A DNA stretch of 64,000 bases from Bacteroidota bacterium (lineage in GTDB: Bacteria; Bacteroidota; Bacteroidia; Chitinophagales; Chitinophagaceae), in the NCBI GenBank assembly GCA_947460175.1, contig CANHGW010000007.1:15302-79301 (forward strand), read 5' to 3'. Positions 58,663 through 64,000 of the stretch are shown piece by piece; position 1 is the first letter of the stretch; each line of letters opens with the position of its first letter. Position numbers and translations under genes: made by a program. Under the pieces are notes generated by a model. It was not told where the DNA came from. It did not search any database and saw only the letters and a list, made by a program, of their open reading frames with translations.

Positions 58663-59263
58663 ATACTATCCGAAACAAATCTTGAATAGATTCATAGGTA
58701 TTGTTTAATTGAAATTGAATATTGTTCAAGTGTATCCATAGCGCTTTTTTAATTCCTTCTGCCTCTTGTGGAATCAGTATCAAATCATCGGATGTCATTT
58801 TGTACCAATAAGTGGTTTTAAAAACCATGGAATCTTCTAAATATAAATGGTAAGTAGTTAAAAGATGATGTTGAATAACCAATGATTGAACACCCGTTTC
58901 TTCTTTTACTTCTCTTACTGCACATTCTTCAATGGACTCTCCAGGATCTAATTTCCCTTTTGGCAAATCCCATTTTTTTCTACGATATATAAACAACACT
59001 TCATTCTTTGAATTAAAGACAAGTCCACCAGCTGCAGTAATAGAGCTGAGAGAAGATGAAATGATTGATAAATTAGTTTCAATATTTCCTTCTATAATGA
59101 AATGCTGAATATCTGATACCATCAGCTGATCTAAAATATAATTCAACTTCTGAGAATTCAACTCAAATACTATATAGGCATTTTTTAGTTGCAATTCATC
59201 GATCAATGTTCGATGATTCTCGATAAGATATATTCGTTTATCGTTAAAGTTGATTTTAATCAT
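58661..59263 (-). CDS. NUDIX hydrolase
   Basis: Nudix box GKLDPGESIEECAVREVKEETG. Confidence 0.8.
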   Translation of the reverse strand: MIKINFNDKRIYLIENHRTLIDELQLKNAYIVFELNSQKLNYILDQLMVSDIQHFIIEGNIETNLSIISSSLSSITAAGGLVFNSKNEVLFIYRRKKWDLPKGKLDPGESIEECAVREVKEETGVQSLVIQHHLLTTYHLYLEDSMVFKTTYWYKMTSDDLILIPQEAEGIKKALWIHLNNIQFQLNNTYESIQDLFRIV

Positions 59264-59310
59264 TGTTGCTTATTTGTATTTTATGGTTTCAAGGTGTAGG
59301 TTTGCGGACT

Positions 59311-59940
59311 ATGAAGCGTGAATTAGCTGTTGCCGAAAAATTACTACAAATTAATGCAGTAAAATTAAATCCTCAAAATCCATTTACTTGGGCAAGTGGT
59401 TGGAAAAGTCCTATTTACTGTGATAATCGCACCATACTATCTTTTCCTCATGTAAGAGATTTCATAAAAAGTGAAATGACCAATGCTGTATTTACAGAAT
59501 TTCCAGATGCAGAAGTAATAGCTGGTGTAGCTACTGCAGGTATACCACATGGTGCGCTTGTGGCCGATTTATTGAGTTTGCCATTTATATATGTTCGATC
59601 AAAACCAAAAGAGCATGGTATGGGTAACCAAATTGAAGGTGTGTTACAAAAAGGTCAGAAAGTAGTCGTGATAGAAGACTTAATAAGCACTGGCAAAAGC
59701 AGTATGGAAGCTGTTGTTGCTATTCAAGAAGCTGGCGGGGAAGTCATTGGACTCACAAGTGTATTTACCTATGGTTTTCCGTTGGCCGAAAAAGTATTTG
59801 GCGAAGCAGGCATCAAAACATTGAGTTTAAGTAATTACAATGCACTTCTCGAATTAGCAATGCAAAAAAATCTAATATCGGAAACAGAACTTGAATTATT
59901 AAAACAATGGAGAGAAAATCCATCGGCATGGGGTCGATAA
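59311..59940 (+). CDS. pyrE: orotate phosphoribosyltransferase
   Basis: FTWASGWKSPIYCDNR and the PRPP-binding loop VVVIEDLISTGKS. Start at the ATG at 59311. Confidence 0.9.
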   Translation: MKRELAVAEKLLQINAVKLNPQNPFTWASGWKSPIYCDNRTILSFPHVRDFIKSEMTNAVFTEFPDAEVIAGVATAGIPHGALVADLLSLPFIYVRSKPKEHGMGNQIEGVLQKGQKVVVIEDLISTGKSSMEAVVAIQEAGGEVIGLTSVFTYGFPLAEKVFGEAGIKTLSLSNYNALLELAMQKNLISETELELLKQWRENPSAWGR

Positions 59941-59941
59941 A

Positions 59942-60463
59942 TTAATGTATTGACTTTATCTGATTCAAGGTTTCAGCATCCAATGCATTACTATACAAAA
60001 GCTGAAAATCTTTATCTTTCTCTACATTAATATTTTGATCTGCTATTCTAAAATTACCATTCGTAAAATTCAATTTACACCCCCATTTTTTATCAGTATT
60101 GCCATTTTTATAATATTGAATATAGTAACTACTTTTTGACTGTTTAATATTATATCGATGCGTAACTCCAATCAATCGAAGTGTTTTTACAGTTTTCAAA
60201 TGAGCTAATAAATAATTGGCTATCCCTTTTTTTACATTTGATTGAAAAACCGACACTTTAGACAACGAAGTGTAAAAAGAAGAATCTTTATAACTGTAAT
60301 CTAACATACCCTCTCCATCATCGTTCCTATAACTTGTGTGCTCTATGACTGTGCTAGATTGATTCTCAATGGTTGTAGTAGAAATATCATTCGTATCAGC
60401 ATATTTATCTTTACATGAGAAAATTATAACAACGAATACAATGAATGAAATATACTTAAGCAT
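59942..60463 (-). CDS. hypothetical lipoprotein
   Basis: The internal Met gives a signal peptide with a lipobox-like IIFSC. It abuts the glyQS stop. Confidence 0.4.
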   Translation of the reverse strand: MLKYISFIVFVVIIFSCKDKYADTNDISTTTIENQSSTVIEHTSYRNDDGEGMLDYSYKDSSFYTSLSKVSVFQSNVKKGIANYLLAHLKTVKTLRLIGVTHRYNIKQSKSSYYIQYYKNGNTDKKWGCKLNFTNGNFRIADQNINVEKDKDFQLLYSNALDAETLNQIKSIH

Positions 60464-60464
60464 T

Positions 60465-61925
60465 TTATGATTTAATTGCATTTAATACAATCGCTTTCAC
60501 ATCGCTCATTTTCACACGCTCTTGATCCATGCTATCACGATAACGAATAGTCACTGTTCCATCTTCTTTAGTTTGATGATCGATCGTAACACAGAAAGGA
60601 GTTCCTAATGCATCCATTCGTCTGTAACGCTTACCAATTGCATCCTTTTCTTCGTAAAAGCAAAAGAAATCTTCACGATACTCATTCATCATTTCACGAG
60701 CAAGTTCTGCCAAGCCATCTTTTTTCATTAATGGAAAAATGGCTAATTTAATAGGTGCTAGTTTAGGTGGGAATTTCAAAACAACTCGGCTATCTTTTTT
60801 GTCTTCTGTGCTTAAATCTTCTACAGTGTATGCTTCACTCAATACCATTAAAATAGTACGATCCAATCCAATAGAGGTCTCAACTACATAAGGGATATAA
60901 TTACCATAGGGTTTGCCCGTAGCTTCATCTATGTCATTGTCAAAATACATTTGTTTTTTCTTACTGTACTCTTGATGTTGACTCAAATCAAAATTAGTTC
61001 GTGAGTGTATGCCTTCTACTTCTTTGAATCCCATTGGAAAATCAAATTCAATATCACAAGCTGCATCGGCATAGTGCGCTAATTTCACATGATCATGGAA
61101 ACGATACTTTGATGCTGAAATACCCAATGCCAAATGCCATTTCATACGAGCTTCTTTCCAGTATTCATACCATTCTTTTTGAGTCCCAGGTCTTACAAAA
61201 AATTGCATTTCCATTTGCTCAAATTCACGCATTCGGAAAATAAAACCACGAGCAACTATTTCATTTCTGAAGGCCTTCCCTATCTGTGCAATTCCAAATG
61301 GAATTTTCATACGGCCTGTTTTTTGTACATTTAAAAAATTTACAAAAATGCCTTGCGCCGTTTCTGGCCGTAAATAAATAGTATCACTATCTTCAGCCAC
61401 TGAGCCCAATTGCGTACTGAACATTAAATTAAACTGACGAACATCTGTCCAATTGCATGTACCGCTTACAGCACATTTCATGTTGTTGTCAACAATCAAT
61501 TGCTTCAAACCTACAAAATCATCAGCAGCTAATAAGGCATCCATTTTTACCAATAATTCATCTGCTAATTGTTTATTACTATCTGCCACCTGCTCACAAA
61601 ATCCTTCAATTAAATGGTCAACACGATAACGTTTTTTACTATCTAGATTATCAATCATAGGATCACTGAAATTGTCCACATGACCACTAGCCTTCCAAAT
61701 AGTAGGATGCATAAAGATTGCAGAGTCTATTCCAACAATATTTTCGTGCATGTACACCATGCTTTTCCACCATATATCCTTGATATTTTTCTTCAACTCT
61801 ACGCCCCATTGTCCGTAATCGTATACTGCACTTAAACCATCATAAATATCACTTGAAGGAAAAATAAAACCATATTCTTTGCAATGAGAAATGATATCTG
61901 GTAAATTGTTTTGTTCTGTTGCCAT
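60465..61925 (-). CDS. glyQS: glycine-tRNA ligase (homodimeric class II type)
   Basis: YLRPETAQG, FRNEI and GIGLDR-type class II motifs. Length of about 490 aa and an anticodon-binding C-terminus. Confidence 0.9.
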   Translation of the reverse strand: MATEQNNLPDIISHCKEYGFIFPSSDIYDGLSAVYDYGQWGVELKKNIKDIWWKSMVYMHENIVGIDSAIFMHPTIWKASGHVDNFSDPMIDNLDSKKRYRVDHLIEGFCEQVADSNKQLADELLVKMDALLAADDFVGLKQLIVDNNMKCAVSGTCNWTDVRQFNLMFSTQLGSVAEDSDTIYLRPETAQGIFVNFLNVQKTGRMKIPFGIAQIGKAFRNEIVARGFIFRMREFEQMEMQFFVRPGTQKEWYEYWKEARMKWHLALGISASKYRFHDHVKLAHYADAACDIEFDFPMGFKEVEGIHSRTNFDLSQHQEYSKKKQMYFDNDIDEATGKPYGNYIPYVVETSIGLDRTILMVLSEAYTVEDLSTEDKKDSRVVLKFPPKLAPIKLAIFPLMKKDGLAELAREMMNEYREDFFCFYEEKDAIGKRYRRMDALGTPFCVTIDHQTKEDGTVTIRYRDSMDQERVKMSDVKAIVLNAIKS

Positions 61926-62043
61926 AAGTGCGCAAATATACTTATTTCAAGTTTTATATTAACATTTCGACAATCCTAGAAATGATTTTTTATTCATACA
62001 AATGCATAACTTTGCATAGTAACACTAAAAACAACAAAAAGTC

Positions 62044-62412
62044 ATGCAAGAATTAATCAACAAATTGATGAGTGAAGTAGGTTTAACTGCTGAACAAGCT
62101 CAAAAAACAACCACAACCGTAATGGATTTTGTCAAATCCAAATTACCATCTTCTCTTTCAGGTAATCTAGATGCTATGTTCTCTGGCGTTAAAGGTGAAG
62201 TAAAAGAAGAAAGTTATCAAGAAAAAGCAAGTGAGTTTGCAGATGCTACTAAAGAAAAACTAGAAGATTTTGCAGGTGATGCAAAAGAAAAATTAGAAGA
62301 TATAGCTGGTGAAGCAAAAGAAAAATTATCTGAAGCTGCAGATAAAGCTGAGGAAATGGCTAAAGATGCTTTAGGCAAATTGAAAGGATTATTTGGCGGT
62401 GGAGATAAATAA
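62044..62412 (+). CDS. small acidic protein with tandem 11-residue amphipathic repeats
   Basis: 122 aa containing DAKEKLEDIAG / EAKEKLSEAAD / KAEEMAKDALG repeats. Confidence 0.45.
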   Translation: MQELINKLMSEVGLTAEQAQKTTTTVMDFVKSKLPSSLSGNLDAMFSGVKGEVKEESYQEKASEFADATKEKLEDFAGDAKEKLEDIAGEAKEKLSEAADKAEEMAKDALGKLKGLFGGGDK

Positions 62413-62436
62413 TTATTTCTACTCATAAAATTATGA

Positions 62437-62465
62437 AAAGCCACTTATTATGAGTGGCTTTTTTA
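62437..62465 (+). terminator. rho-independent terminator
   Basis: GCCACTTA-tta-TGAGTGGC hairpin followed by T6. Confidence 0.75.
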
Positions 62466-62536
62466 ATTCGTTTTTTTAACAACTCATTTGAGTGAATCTC
62501 TATTTACACCAAAAAAATAAAGTAAATTTGTTACGT

Positions 62537-63469
62537 ATGAAAATGACAATCAAACTAATAATCACCTTGTCGCTTATTATTTGTTTCAAACTAAATATTC
62601 AAGCACAAGATTTTGAAAATTCTGCACCAGCACGATATCAAGTACACCAAACAGATATTAGCACTTTGACAGAACTTGAAATATTAGAGGACTCGTTGGT
62701 TTTCTTTGCAGATAGCATGTATAATTCTCCAGTAGCAGAAAATAGAATTGAGGGCAACGATCGATTTATTCAAGTAATGAAACGATTTTTGAGAGCCAAC
62801 AATAGTTATAATTTCCCTTGCAAAAAATTATCGACCAAAATTACCTTATTAAGTTCACCAGACAATGCTTTCAAATTATACAATTGGGAGATCATGCAAG
62901 CCAATGATGCGGGACGATACTATGGTGTAATACAATTAGCCGATGGCAACATAGTACCTATGGTAGATATTTCTGACAAGGTATTGAGAGGTGGAGAAGA
63001 CTCTGTGTTTACCGATACTCGATGGTATGGATGTTTATACTACAATATCATACCACAAGACATTGGTGGACAAAAAGTATATTTCTTATTAGGTTGGAAT
63101 GGCAACTCAATCAATAGCGAACGAAAAGTAATTGAACCTTTTGGATTCAACTCACGTGGCAAAGCTATTTTCGGAGCACCTATGTTTAATATTATAGATC
63201 GTGGTAAACGTAAAAGTGCCAATCGATTTATGATTGAATATCAGAAAGGAGCGCGAGTATCTATGAACTTTGATAAAGAAACAGATATGATCATACTCGA
63301 CCATTGCGAATCACAAATAGGAGATCCTGCCAAAAAATATACTTACATACCCGATGGCACTTACGATGGGCTTAAATGGGATGGTATGAAATGGAACATG
63401 TCTGAAAATGTAATTCAAATTCAAGATTTACAACAAGGTAATGCTCCAGCCGACAAACCAATAAAGTAA
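62537..63469 (+). CDS. secreted hypothetical protein
   Basis: The ATG at 62537 gives a signal peptide (MKMTIKLIITLSLIICFKLNIQAQ). No recognised family. Confidence 0.45.
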   Translation: MKMTIKLIITLSLIICFKLNIQAQDFENSAPARYQVHQTDISTLTELEILEDSLVFFADSMYNSPVAENRIEGNDRFIQVMKRFLRANNSYNFPCKKLSTKITLLSSPDNAFKLYNWEIMQANDAGRYYGVIQLADGNIVPMVDISDKVLRGGEDSVFTDTRWYGCLYYNIIPQDIGGQKVYFLLGWNGNSINSERKVIEPFGFNSRGKAIFGAPMFNIIDRGKRKSANRFMIEYQKGARVSMNFDKETDMIILDHCESQIGDPAKKYTYIPDGTYDGLKWDGMKWNMSENVIQIQDLQQGNAPADKPIK

Positions 63470-63537
63470 ACCATCTCCCATTATTCTATTTTCAGTTCAT
63501 TTCTTTCATTTACACTTCTCAATTATTCTAATCATTC

Positions 63538-64000
63538 ATGCATTACGCTAGTATCGACAATATCTCCAAATCATTTGGAATCCGCAATCTTTTTTCAAAC
63601 ATCACATTTCATATATCCGAAGGAGACAAAATAGCCTTAATAGCTAGGAATGGATTTGGCAAATCAACCTTACTTAATATACTAACTGGGAAGGACCATC
63701 CTGACTCAGGAACAGTGTGGGTTCACAAAGACATCAAATTGGTCATGTTGCATCAAGAAAATGAATTTGAAGGTGAGAAATCAATTTGGGACAATATCCT
63801 TGGGATGAAAAATGAAATAGTCAATGTAGTCAAAGACTATGAAGAGTATATGGAAAGTGGATCTGAAGATCCCGATCAATTGCAAGAGTTATTGAATAAA
63901 ATGGAAGAGCTCGATGCTTGGAATTTTGAAAACGAGTTACAACAAATACTATCGAAACTCAATATTCATAATCTAAATCAAAAAGTCAATACACTGAGTG
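63538..64000 (+). CDS. ABC-F family ATPase, N-terminal part (3' end outside window)
   Basis: My own translation from the ATG at 63538 gives MHYASIDNISKSFG...IALIARNGFGKSTLLNILTG (Walker A). The frame stays open to the window end. Confidence 0.8.
   Translation, partial: MHYASIDNISKSFGIRNLFSNITFHISEGDKIALIARNGFGKSTLLNILTGKDHPDSGTVWVHKDIKLVMLHQENEFEGEKSIWDNILGMKNEIVNVVKDYEEYMESGSEDPDQLQELLNKMEELDAWNFENELQQILSKLNIHNLNQKVNTLS

Overview
This is an AT-rich chromosomal segment with clear Bacteroidota hallmarks. Three proteins end in type IX secretion (T9SS) C-terminal sorting domains, promoters carry TAnnTTTG -7 boxes, genes lack obvious Shine-Dalgarno sites, and a darA/darB pair is present. I call about 57 protein-coding genes, two tRNAs (Arg-CCT at 33856-33927, Leu-CAA at 36233-36316) and several strong rho-independent terminators. 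I found no rRNA, CRISPR array, transposase or recombinase gene. Most of the window is housekeeping: the topA 3' end, atpG, mqo, purine nucleoside phosphorylase, adenine deaminase, rlmN, two pseudouridine synthases, nth, an acyl-CoA ligase, a fused E1 dehydrogenase, a lutB-like gene, a P-type ATPase, an M20 dipeptidase, radC, pyrE, glyQS and an ABC-F ATPase. Two places are not ordinary. (1) At 41.1-44.7 kb (possibly extending to 47.2 kb), between the lutB-like gene and a secreted nuclease, lie four co-oriented small gene modules: a DUF4304-like protein, a TM protein plus a 4xCxxC zinc ribbon, parDE, and a small membrane protein. Each module is bounded by its own matched GTT.../...AAC inverted repeat, and imperfect palindromic spacers separate them. 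A 222-bp direct repeat and a recurrent CTGATGCACAAC motif are also present. This is the architecture of an integron-type (or recombinase-associated immunity-island-like) cassette array, but no integrase is in the window. (2) At 58.0-58.7 kb there are three tandem paralogous small RNA genes of about 58 nt, each ending in a terminator. Each sits behind a TAnnTTTG box and three 21-bp-phased copies of the 13-mer ACCAAATACTCAT. Secondary points are an orphan darAB pair, a stand-alone flavin-dependent halogenase next to tRNA-Leu, a 1642-aa C25-like T9SS protein, a four-domain secreted nuclease and a solitary atpG. All calls come from reading the sequence and ORF translations by eye; no searches or folding programs were run.
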